Below are positions 39,634 to 49,580 of a DNA stretch of 64,000 nt, in pieces. Positions within the stretch are counted from its first letter, which is position 1. Each line of letters starts with the position of its first letter. The position numbers and the translations under genes were made by a program. Location: assembly GCA_963750165.1 (NCBI GenBank), contig CAVVPN010000004.1, forward strand, positions 864,001 through 928,000, read 5' to 3'. Origin of the DNA: an uncultured Gemmataceae bacterium. Its GTDB lineage: Bacteria > Planctomycetota > Planctomycetia > Gemmatales > Gemmataceae. The notes beneath the pieces are model-generated. The model did no database searches. It had not been told where the DNA came from and was given only the letters and a program-made list of their open reading frames with translations.

Positions 39634-39996
39634 TTAGCTGTCTTCCAGCCGATACTTCCCCCGATACTGCTCGGCCGGATATTTCTTTTCGTTCTTGACC
39701 ATCTTGGCGGTCATGGCGTCGCTGAGGTCGATGCCGAGCACGTTGCACAGGTTGAACAGGTGCCCGGCCACGTCGGCGATCTCGTCGGCAACGGCCTCAC
39801 GGTCCTTTGGGTTGTCGATGACGCGGCGCGACGCCTCGCCATCGACCCAGAGGAAATGCTCCATCAACTCGGCCGTCTCGACGGCCAGGCCCATGACGAG
39901 GTTCTTGGGGTTGTGGTACGGTCCCCAGGCGCGCTCGACGCTGAAGCGACCGATGAGGGCCTTGAGTTCCGCCACGGTGGTGCTGCTGTCAGGCAT
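39634..39996 (-). CDS. MazG-like nucleotide pyrophosphohydrolase (DCTPP1-type)
   Basis: FSVERAWGPYHNPKNLVMGLAVETAELMEHFLW, DEIADV, KMVKNEKKYP. Confidence 0.92.
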   Translation of the reverse strand: MPDSSTTVAELKALIGRFSVERAWGPYHNPKNLVMGLAVETAELMEHFLWVDGEASRRVIDNPKDREAVADEIADVAGHLFNLCNVLGIDLSDAMTAKMVKNEKKYPAEQYRGKYRLEDS

Positions 39997-40333
39997 GGGT
40001 GTAGGTTCCTGGGGCCGGGCGGCCGCGTCCCCGTGGGCGGCAGCCGAACCGCGTCGTTTGTTCGAGTTCGATGGAAGTGGGCGGCACTATAGCGAGCGGC
40101 GCGGCGCTGTCAAGACGACTCGCCGCGTCAGATGGGTTGCAGTCCGCTAAGAACGTTCGGAAGCAAGGAGTGCCTCCGAGCCGCGCACGGAGCGTACGCG
40201 CGGAGTAAGCAGGCGCCCGCGGAGGCGCTGGCAGCATCCCACTCACCCCCGATTCTACCCCTTTCCCGCACCCCGTTGGTATGATACAGAACGGGCATAC
40301 GGCGGGGACCGCTGGTGTGGTGAGGAGCAAGCA

Positions 40334-42598
40334 GTGCTTCGCGAAGAGCAGATCGACCTGCGGCGGCAGCGCGGCCTGGAAGGCAAGTTCCGCATCCAGA
40401 ACCTGGGGCGCAACCGCGTCTTCAGCGACTACCAGGTCACCAATCCAACCAGCGGCGGCCAGTACCGCGTCAGCATTCGCGGCTTCGAGGTTGGCGACAA
40501 CCTGTGCGAGTGCCCCGACTTCAAGACCAACACGCTCGGCACCTGCAAGCACATTGAGGCCGTGCTGGCCACGCTCAAGGCCGAGGCCCCCGCCCAGCTC
40601 CGCCAGCGCAAGGCCGCTGTCACCCGTCCGGAAATCTATCTGCACTACGGCGAACAACTGCTGCCGCGTCTGCACCTGCCGCCGCGCCATTCCGACAAGC
40701 TCCGCACCCTGGCCGACGAGTTCTTTACGCCGGCCGGCCTGTGGAAGGGCGGCGACCGCTACGACCGCCTCATCGCCGCCGTCGAGACGGTGCCCGAACA
40801 GGTCACCATCTTCTCCGACGCGATGGAGTTCATGGAGCGCGAGATCGAGCGCCGCGAGATGGCCGAGCGCGAGCGGCAGATGGTCGCGCAGCTGGAGCGC
40901 GGCGAACTGGACCTGCCGCTGCTCAAGGTGCCGCTGTATCCGTATCAGATGCGTGGAGCGCTGTTCGCGGCCTACCGCGGCCGCTGCATCCTCGGCGACG
41001 ACATGGGACTCGGCAAGACGCCGCAGACGCTGGCCGCCGCGGAATTGCTCGCGCGCGAGCGCGGCATCGAGCGCGTGCTGGTGGTGGCGCCGGCGTCGGT
41101 GAAATATCAGTGGGAGACGGAAATCCGCAAGTTCACCGAGCGCAGCGTGCAGGTGATCGAGGGCGGCAACAAGGCCCGCCAGGCCCAGTACACGCAGCCG
41201 ACGTTCTACCGCCTCATCAATTATGAACTGGTGCTGCGCGACCTGGACGAGCTGAACGCCTGGCACCCGGACCTGATCGTGCTGGACGAGGCCCAGCGCA
41301 TCAAGAACTGGGAGGCGAAGGTGTCGCGGGCGGTGAAAAAACTGCGCAGCCGTTACGCCCTGGTGCTGACCGGCACGCCGCTGGAGAACAAGCTCGAAGA
41401 ACTGTACAGCATCGTGCAGTTCGTCGATGACCGCCGGCTCGGCCCGGCGTTCCAGTTCCTTTCGGAGCACCGCGTCCTCGACGCTGACGGCAAGCTGATC
41501 GCCTACCGCAACCTGCACAAGATCCGCGAAAAACTGGAGCCGATCTTCCTGCGCCGCACCCGCGCCGAAGTGCTCAGCCAGCTGCCGGAGCGGACGCAGA
41601 ACGTCGTCTACGTCGAGCTGGCCGACGCCCAGCGCGGCCCCTACGCCGACCAGCAGGCCACGCTCACGCGCCTCGTCCACAAAAAATATCTCTCGGAGGT
41701 GGACCGCCGCAGAATCCTGTGCGCCATCGTCAACATGCGCATGCTCTGCGACAGCACGTTCCTGTTCGACAAGCAGACGAACGTGTCGCCGAAGCTGGAG
41801 GAACTGACGGAACTGCTGAAGCAGCTCATCCTGGAGGGGCCGCACAAGGTCGTCATCTTCAGCCAGTGGGAGCTGATGCTGCAGAAGGTGGCGGAGGTGG
41901 CGCAGGGCCTCGGGATCGGCTTCGCGATACTGCACGGCGGCGTACCGGGCAAGGAGCGGCGCGGCCTGCTGGAGCGCTTCCGCGAGGACCCCAACTGCCG
42001 GGCGTTCCTGAGCACCGACGCGGGCGGCACCGGCCTGAATTTGCAGGCGGCGGACACGGTCATCAACGTGGACGTGCCGTGGAACCCGGCGGTGCTGGAC
42101 CAGCGCATCGCCCGCGTCCACCGCCTGGGCCAGCACCGGCCGGTGCAGGTCATCAACCTCGTGACGCGCGGCAGCATCGAGGAGCGCGTGCTGCGGACGC
42201 TGACGATGAAGCGGACGCTGTTCGAGGGCGTCTTCACCGGCGGCAGTGACGAGGTCGGCTTCCACGCGCTGGGCCACACGGCGTTCCTGGACACGATGCG
42301 GCAGCTGGCGTCCGAGGAGGAGCCGCGGCCGCTGCCGGAGCCGCTGCCCCCGGCGGCCGCGCCACCGCCGCCGGGCGTCGATCCGCGGCAGGTGCTGCTG
42401 CAGGCGGGCGTGCAATTTTTGGAGGCGGTCGCGGGGCTGTACGCGGCGCCGGTGGGCAATGGTCAGGCGGCGGACGTGCTGGGGGGGCTGTCGCCGGAGC
42501 TGCTGCAGCGCGGGGCGGCGGCGCTGCAGACGATCGTGCAGGGGCTGGGCAAGCCGCGCTCGCAGGAGTCGGACGGGCAGAAGCCCGCGGGGTCTTGA
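40334..42598 (+). CDS. SWIM zinc-finger + SNF2 family ATPase/helicase (intact copy)
   Basis: CECPDF..CKH; LYPYQ, DDMGLGKT, LDEAQRIKN, LTGTPLEN, FLRRTR, VIFSQW, STDAGGTGLNLQ, WNPAVLDQRIARVHRLGQ. Confidence 0.95.
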   Translation: MLREEQIDLRRQRGLEGKFRIQNLGRNRVFSDYQVTNPTSGGQYRVSIRGFEVGDNLCECPDFKTNTLGTCKHIEAVLATLKAEAPAQLRQRKAAVTRPEIYLHYGEQLLPRLHLPPRHSDKLRTLADEFFTPAGLWKGGDRYDRLIAAVETVPEQVTIFSDAMEFMEREIERREMAERERQMVAQLERGELDLPLLKVPLYPYQMRGALFAAYRGRCILGDDMGLGKTPQTLAAAELLARERGIERVLVVAPASVKYQWETEIRKFTERSVQVIEGGNKARQAQYTQPTFYRLINYELVLRDLDELNAWHPDLIVLDEAQRIKNWEAKVSRAVKKLRSRYALVLTGTPLENKLEELYSIVQFVDDRRLGPAFQFLSEHRVLDADGKLIAYRNLHKIREKLEPIFLRRTRAEVLSQLPERTQNVVYVELADAQRGPYADQQATLTRLVHKKYLSEVDRRRILCAIVNMRMLCDSTFLFDKQTNVSPKLEELTELLKQLILEGPHKVVIFSQWELMLQKVAEVAQGLGIGFAILHGGVPGKERRGLLERFREDPNCRAFLSTDAGGTGLNLQAADTVINVDVPWNPAVLDQRIARVHRLGQHRPVQVINLVTRGSIEERVLRTLTMKRTLFEGVFTGGSDEVGFHALGHTAFLDTMRQLASEEEPRPLPEPLPPAAAPPPPGVDPRQVLLQAGVQFLEAVAGLYAAPVGNGQAADVLGGLSPELLQRGAAALQTIVQGLGKPRSQESDGQKPAGS

Positions 42599-42700
42599 TC
42601 GAGGTGAAGCAGCACGCTTGCACCGTTCCCTTGGTGTGCCAAACATTCCCCTGCTACATTGCAGCGCGGCCAGCCATCAACCAGAGTGGGAGATGCGGAA

Positions 42701-43087
42701 ATGAAGGAGACTTTAGCTCCCTTAACACCCCCAACGGCGGAAGAGTTGGAGCAGATGCACGCCCTGTACCGCAAAGGTGGCGAGGAACGCCAGATGGCAC
42801 CCCAGATCGTCTACGGCGATCCCGCCTGCCCGCGTGGTTGTGAGCAACGGTTGCAGGCGATTGACTTTTGCCTCGAAAAGCACGGCCGTGGGGTTCACGA
42901 CCCGTTAGTGCGTGCCTGGTGGAGCGATGCGGGAGTTGCCGGGCGCTGTCCGGGCTGCGGGGGCTGGATCCACTTCACCATCGGCGGCAAGCGTGCGATC
43001 ACCGCGGAGGCGGCGCCGGCGTGCTCGGCCGCCAGGATCATCTTCAGCGCCACCAGCCGGTTCGGCGCGTGCTGCCGGGCCTGGTAG
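42701..43087 (+). pseudogene. Cys-containing hypothetical protein, probably 3'-truncated near 43010
   Basis: PQIVYGDPACP, GRCPGCGGWIHF; the tail reads antisense into the kinase fragment. Confidence 0.5.
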
Positions 43088-43284
43088 ACGACGCCCATGC
43101 CGCCGCGGCCGAGTTCGTGCAACAGGTCGTAGCCGGGCACCAGCGCCGGCGGGGCGGGGGCGGACGCCGCCGCCGGGGCCTGGCCCGCGTCCAGGGTGAC
43201 GCCATCGGCGGGCGGCGTGTCCTGGGCCAGCGTTTGATCGAAGGGCCGGCCGCACACCGGGCACGGCTGCAAGGATGGCGACAT
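43005..43284 (-). pseudogene. Truncated Ser/Thr kinase (N-lobe only)
   Basis: VPGYDLLHELGRGGMGVVYQARQ..NRLVALKMIL, then similarity stops; no HRD or DFG. Confidence 0.8.
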
Positions 43285-43836
43285 GGCGGTTTCCCCTGGA
43301 GACTGCTCGGGCTGGATGCTCTCTCCAGGGTAACCAGATCGCGGGCGGGATGTCAGCTATTTTCCGGGCGGGTACGAGGTCGGGGCGCTGTTCCGCGTGC
43401 CCAGCGTGCGGCGCTCGCCTGACGGGATGCCGCAGCAGCGCTGATGAAGATTTATGAATATGTCGATTTTCCGCTTGCAATCCGCATCGGCGGACTTATA
43501 CTCCTCTTCTAACCAAATTGATCCTTGTTTCGCTGCTGGCCAAAGCCCAACCTGTCAACAACTAGGCCGGCGACAACGACAGCCGAATTCCTCGGCCCAG
43601 GCGCAATCCGGCGCCGCCCACAACAGGAAGGATGCCCGGTCGTCATGAGACATTTGCCCCCCAAAGTCTTCTTCTGGTGCGCATCCTATTTTCCGGCGTG
43701 AGTGCCGGGCTGCCGCCTCTCGCGACGATCCACTATAAACGGTGCAAGCCGTGCTGCGTTTTGGCTGGCGGAATCTCGCCCCAATCGGGAACAAGGCGTC
43801 AAGACAATAAGTCGCCTGTCCATGGAGGTCTTCACC

Positions 43837-45096
43837 ATGCGGAACACGTGGTTCGTTTGCTGCGCTGGTTTGCATGGGAGGCTGTTGACCGTTTGTACGA
43901 TCGCCGCACTCGCCCTCCTGACAAACCGTGCCACCGCTCAACCCATTCACCCAAAGCCGCTGCGGGTGGCGGAGTCGAAGCCGGTGACGGTGAAGGAAGC
44001 GCGGTTTGTCGTCGTCGCGCAGACCGATTGGCAGCCGGGGAAGCCGGAGAAGGCGTATCCAACGGTGGCGCCGATCGCCATCCAACTGCACATCACCAAC
44101 TTGAGCAAGAAAGAGGTTTGTTTTTCAACATTCAACACCTTCGGTCTGCGGCTCTTGACCGAGGACGGAAAGGAAGTGAAGAGACGCGGCAAGTCCAAGG
44201 GCGACATTGCCACGGCGCCGGTGGTCCTTCCCGCTGACGTCCCCTACGCCCTCTGCCGTCGCGCGGAGCTGCGCTGGGATGACAACAGCAAGGCTGCCGA
44301 ACTGGTTTATCACGACGGCACCGGCGCGCAATCGGTGATCGGGCCGCTGCCGCCGGGGCGTTACAAGCTGGTGTTTTGGTATTCTGTTGCGCCTGGCCCA
44401 CGAGCGAAGCCAAAAGTCGGAGAGGCTCCGGCATGGGTTGGTGAGGTCGTCACCAACGAAGTGCCCGTCGAGGTCGGCGAGGGCACGACGCGCGGGATTA
44501 GTAGCGGCGACCTGGAGTTGAGGCCGGCCAGTGCGGCGATCCGCCTCGGCGCATCGAAATCGGTTACGGTGAATGATGCGCAATTCGTCGTCGTCACGGA
44601 GCCGGAATGGAAAGCCCAGCCGGACTGGAAGCCGGGCAAGTTCCTCAAGGGGGCGCCGCTAGAAATGCAATTGCGCATCACCAACCTCGGGAAGAAGGAC
44701 CGGCTCTTCCATACGTTTGACACGTTTGGAGTGCGGGTGTCCACCGCGGAAGGGAAAAAAATGACGCGGGGCAGCGCGCGCAAAGTCACAGTCATCACCA
44801 GGCCCATTTTACTTCCGCCGGGCGCCTCGTATGTATTGGGCCACGAACCGGCCTCGAATCGCATTCACCGCCGGGCCGAACTCGATTGGAACGTTATTGC
44901 CAAGGAAGCCGAGTTCCGTTATTACGACGGAACCGGATCGGTTCATTTATTTGAACCATTGGGGGTCGGCCAGTACAAGCTGGCTTTTTGGTATGAAGTG
45001 AGGCCGCAAGGCCTGTTGAACACCGAGCGGGATCCTGAATCCTGGATTGGGTCGGTCGTCACCGAGGAGATCACGGTTCGCGTGCGCAATCCCTAA
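43837..45096 (+). CDS. Secreted hypothetical protein with a tandem duplicated ~170-aa beta domain
   Basis: ggaggt RBS and signal peptide; both halves share SKxVTV..A.FVVV, QL.ITNL.KK, TF.TFG, RRAEL.W, DGTG, YKL.FWY, W.G.VVT.E. Confidence 0.75.
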   Translation: MRNTWFVCCAGLHGRLLTVCTIAALALLTNRATAQPIHPKPLRVAESKPVTVKEARFVVVAQTDWQPGKPEKAYPTVAPIAIQLHITNLSKKEVCFSTFNTFGLRLLTEDGKEVKRRGKSKGDIATAPVVLPADVPYALCRRAELRWDDNSKAAELVYHDGTGAQSVIGPLPPGRYKLVFWYSVAPGPRAKPKVGEAPAWVGEVVTNEVPVEVGEGTTRGISSGDLELRPASAAIRLGASKSVTVNDAQFVVVTEPEWKAQPDWKPGKFLKGAPLEMQLRITNLGKKDRLFHTFDTFGVRVSTAEGKKMTRGSARKVTVITRPILLPPGASYVLGHEPASNRIHRRAELDWNVIAKEAEFRYYDGTGSVHLFEPLGVGQYKLAFWYEVRPQGLLNTERDPESWIGSVVTEEITVRVRNP

Positions 45097-45160
45097 CGAT
45101 CAAACGACGATAACGTGTTCGTCGCGGCATCTTTTTCCCCAGGACAAGGAAGGTTGCACC

Positions 45161-47239
45161 ATGAAATTGTGCGAAAAAAGGCGGGCGATCCTCTGGCTTG
45201 AACCGCTGGAAGACCGTTAGGTTCCGACCTACCTGACCACGAGTGTTGGCCCATTTGTCGTTCGGGGCCTCAGTGATCAGGGGCGGGTTCCTCAGGTCAA
45301 TTTTCAACTCACGCCGTCCGTGTTGAATACCTCCGATCGCTATGGACTCAACGGCCGCTGGTACGCCGTGGATTCGTGGGGCACTGCCGAAGTGATCGCG
45401 CCGAACGCGGAAGAATGGGCGCTCCTGGCCGCGCAGTTTCCGGGGTGGGGCTTTGCCCAATCGTTGCAGACCCTCGATGACGGCTCGCTGGAGATCAAGT
45501 CCAATGAGGCGCTTGGGCCGAGCCGGCAGACGGCAGCGGATCCGCCCGCCGCGGGCGGTTCCTTGTTTTTGCAATACAACCAAAATCCGCAGGGGGTCGC
45601 GGCCCCCACCAACCCCGCGCCGACCAACCTGCACTGGATCCAGTTCCTCGTCACCTATAACTGGACGGGCTCCATTGGCCGCGTTAGCGAAATTGACAAC
45701 GCCGGACAGAACACCCCATGGTATGATGATTTTGGTGGAGCGGCCGACGGCACTGGGTTCGCGGACATTGGCCGACCGCCGGTACAGGCGGACCTGATTA
45801 ACTTTGAAGCGCACGTGTTTCCTGTCACCCAAAATGCAGCGGGAACCTGGGTGATCTGGCCAGGGGTCGATTGGGGCTGGCACGTGGTCCTGGCGCCGCC
45901 ACGCGTCGGCGCCCTCGCGCCGGCGGCCGGCGCCACCGGGGGCGGCTACGCCGTCAACATTACCGGCGACGGCTTCACCGATGCCACGGCCGTTTCCTTC
46001 GGCGGCCAGCCCGCCACCTCCTTCACCGTCAACTCCGACACTTCCATCACAGCCTATGTCCCTGGCCAAGCTATCGGAATGACCGATGTCGTGGTCACCG
46101 GGCCAGGCGGCGATTCGGAGGTTTCTCCGGAAGACCAATTCGCCTACGTCAACGGCGCCCCTGTCGGCACGAGCAACACGGTGATCGCCCCGGAGAATGG
46201 TTCCTACACGTTCGCCGCCGCCGACTTCGGCTTCAGCGACCCGAACGACTCGCCGGCTAACAACTTCCAGGCCGTCGAGATCACCACGCTGCCCAGCGCC
46301 GGCACCCTCACCGACAACGGCGCGGCCGTCAGCGCCGGCCAGTACGTCAGCGTCAGCGACATCAGCGCCGGCTACCTCGTGTTCACACCCGCCGCCAACG
46401 CCTACGGCACGCCCTACGACGGTTTCACGTTCCAGGTGCAGGACGACGGCGGCACCGCCAACGGCGGCGCCGACACCGACCCCACGCCCCGGACAATGAC
46501 TGTCAACGTCAACCGGCCGCCGACCGCCGCGGACATCGGCCCCGTGACCACCAGCGACCAGCCCGTCATCGTGGACGTGCTCTCCCACTGCGCCGACCCC
46601 GATGGCGACAAGCTCACGGTCAGCGGCGTGACGCCGGGCACCTACGGCTCGGTCGGCGTCAACGCCGACGGCACCGTCACCTACTCGCCGGATGCAGGAT
46701 TCGTCGGCGACGACACCTTCACCTACACGGCCAGCGACGGCCACGGCGGCAGCGCCACCGCCACCGTGTACGTCTCCGTCTACGGCTTCGGCCAGTGGGC
46801 CAACTCCGTCATCGATTACAGTTCGCAGGGCAGCAGCACCGACAACGCCGCGACCCAGGCGCTGGGGGCGCCCGACACCTTCGCCTACGGCAACGCCCCG
46901 ACGGCCTGGTCGGCGTCGTCGGAAGACGGCACGGCCGAGACGCTGACGCTGGGCTATGCCACGGCGGTGTACGCCTCGGGCTTCACGATTCGAGAGACGG
47001 ACGGCAACGGCTTCGTCACCCAGGTGGACCTGATCGCCACCGACGGCACCGCCCACACCGTCTTTAGCGGCACCGACACCACTCCGGACGACGGCCCGCG
47101 CGACTTCACCGTCAACCTCACGAAGCCGACCGACTACCTGACGCAGTCGATCCGCATCTACGTCAGCACCGACAGCGTGCTGGGCAGCTGGGAGGAGATC
47201 GACGCCGTGCAGCTGACCGGCGGCACCTTCAAGTCGTAA
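45161..47239 (+). CDS. Secreted adhesin-like protein (IPT/TIG, cadherin/Ig-like, C-terminal beta-sandwich); in-frame TAG at 45218-45220
   Basis: MKLCEKRRAILWLEPLEDR*VPT is in frame with ORF 45320-47239; IPT (GGYAVNITGDGFTDATAVSFGG), DGFTFQVQDDGGT, YSPDAGFVGDDTFTYTASDG, QWANSVIDYSSQ..EIDAVQLTG. Confidence 0.8.
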
Positions 47240-47325
47240 CAGCGACCGCTACGCCGCGAGCGGCGGCCCCGACGGGTTCATGCCTGCAACCCATCGGGGC
47301 CGCCGCTTGCGGCGTGGCGGAAACA

Positions 47326-47628
47326 TCACACCCCCGACGGATACGTCTCCGGCACCTCCTCGTGTTCCACCTTCAGGTGCAGCGGGTGCAGCGCCCGCGT
47401 GCGGTCGAGGTACAGCAGCGCGTCGTAGCGCCGCGGCAGCACCGTCGGCACATAATTGCCGAACTGCTCGTACTCCGGGTGGTAGACGACGCCGATGGCC
47501 CGGTGGCGCGCGGCTCCAGCAATTCGCGCGTCGGGCGGCAGATCCGGCATCTGGGCCGCCAACCGCAGGGCGGCCAGCAGCACCAGACCGGTTGTGAGCA
47601 CGACCACAGGCACATGGCTTTGGCGCAC
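47326..47628 (-). pseudogene. Chimeric ORF: DUF11-gene N-terminus fused to the C-terminal fragment of an erythromycin-esterase-family gene
   Basis: Identical to the DUF11 5' end up to MPDLPP, then HRAIGVVYHPEYE..NYVPTVLPRRYDALLYLD.T.ALHPL..PETYPSGV. Confidence 0.8.
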
Positions 47629-47679
47629 GGTGCCCTTCCCCCGTTGGGCGTTGGAACTACCGGACAAGACCTACATGTC

Positions 47680-47789
47680 CGGCGAGCGGCGCGGCGTCAG
47701 CCCGCCGGTGATAACGAGTCGGCGAGCGGCGCGGCGTCAGCCCGCCGCTGATAACGAGTTACCGGCGGGCTGACGCCGCGCCGCTCGCC
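47680..47789. repeat. REP-like element with a tandemly duplicated left arm
   Basis: Extra 40-bp unit cggcgagcggcgcggcgtcagcccgccggtgataacgagt (47680-47719) relative to copy 1. Confidence 0.85.
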
Positions 47790-47806
47790 TGCTGTCCGAT
47801 AGCGCG

Positions 47807-48169
47807 TTAGCTGTCTTCCAGCCGATACTTCCCCCGATACTGCTCGGCCGGATATTTCTTTTCGTTCTTGACCATCTTGGCGGTCATGGCGTCGCTGAGG
47901 TCGATGCCGAGCACGTTGCACAGGTTGAACAGGTGCCCGGCCACGTCGGCGATCTCGTCGGCAACGGCCTCACGGTCCTTTGGGTTGTCGATGACGCGGC
48001 GCGACGCCTCGCCATCGACCCAGAGGAAATGCTCCATCAACTCGGCCGTCTCGACGGCCAGGCCCATGACGAGGTTCTTGGGGTTGTGGTACGGTCCCCA
48101 GGCGCGCTCGACGCTGAAGCGACCGATGAGGGCCTTGAGTTCCGCCACGGTGGTGCTGCTGTCAGGCAT
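47807..48169 (-). CDS. MazG-like nucleotide pyrophosphohydrolase (second copy)
   Basis: Protein identical to 39634-39996. Confidence 0.92.
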   Translation of the reverse strand: MPDSSTTVAELKALIGRFSVERAWGPYHNPKNLVMGLAVETAELMEHFLWVDGEASRRVIDNPKDREAVADEIADVAGHLFNLCNVLGIDLSDAMTAKMVKNEKKYPAEQYRGKYRLEDS

Positions 48170-49580
48170 GGGTGTAGGTTCCTGGGGCCGGGCGGCCGCG
48201 TCCCCGTGGGCGGCAGCCGAACCGCGTCGTTTGTTCGAGTTCGATGGAAGTGGGCGGCACTATAGCGAGCGGCGCGGCGCTGTCAAGACGACTCGCCGCG
48301 TCAGATGGGTTGCAGTCCGCTAAGAACGTTCGGAAGCAAGGAGTGCCTCCGAGCCGCGCACGGAGCGTACGCGCGGAGTAAGCAGGCGCCCGCGGAGGCG
48401 CTGGCAGCATCCCACTCACCCCCGATTCTACCCCTTTCCCGCACCCCGTTGGTATGATACAGAACGGGCATACGGCGGGGACCGCTGGTGTGGTGAGGAG
48501 CAAGCAGTGCTTCGCGAAGAGCAGATCGACCTGCGCCGCCAGCGCGGCCTGGAGGGCAAGTTCCGCATCCAGAACCTGGGGCGCAACCGCGTCTTCAGCG
48601 ACTACCAGGTCACCAATCCAACCAGCGGCGGCCAGTACCGCGTCAGCATTCGCGGCTTCGAGGTTGGCGACAACCTGTGCGAGTGCCCCGACTTCAAGAC
48701 CAACACGCTCGGCACCTGCAAGCACATTGAGGCCGTCCTCGCCGCCCTCAAGGCCGAGGCCCCCGCCCAGCTCCGCCAGCGCAAGGCCGCTGTCACCCGT
48801 CCGGAAATCTATCTGCACTACGGCGAACAACTGCTGCCGCGTCTGCACCTGCCGCCGCGCCATTCCGACAAGCTCCGCACCCTGGCCGACGAGTTCTTTA
48901 CGCCGGCCGGCCTGTGGAAGGGCGGCGACCGCTACGACCGCCTCATCGCCGCCGTCGAGACGGTGCCCGAACAGGTCACCATCTTCTCCGACGCGATGGA
49001 GTTCATGGAGCGCGAGATCGAGCGCCGCGAGATGGCCGAGCGCGAACAGCAGCTCGTCGCCCAGCTGGAGCGCGGCGAACTGGACCTGCCGCTGCTCAAG
49101 GTGCCGCTGTATCCGTATCAGATGCGTGGAGCGCTGTTCGCGGCCTACCGCGGCCGCTGCATCCTCGGCGACGACATGGGCCTCGGCAAGACCGTCCAGA
49201 CGATGGCCGCGGTGGAGTTGCTGCAGCGCGAGCGCGGCATCGAGCGCGTGCTGGTGGTGGCGCCGGCGTCGGTCAAGTATCAGTGGGAGACGGAGATTCG
49301 CAAGTTCACCGAGCGCGGCGTGCAGGTGATCGAGGGCGGCAACAAGGCCCGCCAGGCCCAGTACACGCAGCCGGCGTTTTATCGTCTCATCAACTACGAA
49401 CTGGTGCTGCGCGACCTGGACGAGCTGAACGCCTGGCACCCGGATTTGATCGTGCTGGACGAAGCGCAGCGCATCAAGAACTGGGAGGCGAAGGTGTCGC
49501 GGGCGGTGAAAAAACTGCGCAGCCGTTACGCCCTGGTGCTGACCGGCACGCCGCTGGAGAACAAGCTCGAAGAACTGTAC

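Larger units (their letters stand above)
39399..42609 (+). repeat. Direct repeat copy 1 (~3.2 kb): 5' end of DUF11 gene, MazG-like gene and SNF2 gene
   Basis: Aligns to 47532-52306 at offsets 8133, then 8173 (40-bp insertion), then 9697 (IS plus TSD). Confidence 0.95.

Noticed and set aside
40334..42598. Diversity-generating retroelement explanation for the clustered differences between SNF2 copies
   Set aside because: No reverse transcriptase is present, and the differences are mostly synonymous G/C changes rather than adenine-specific.
39989..42646. 885-aa minus-strand ORF and similar long antisense ORFs (e.g. 24063-26312, 45071-47056, 50178-52367, 59933-61792)
   Set aside because: Shadow ORFs opposite well-supported genes in high-GC DNA, with no motifs.
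45218..45220. Pyrrolysine or genetic-code reassignment of TAG
   Set aside because: TAG serves as a normal stop for other genes here (e.g. 4959, 36134), and no pyl genes are present.
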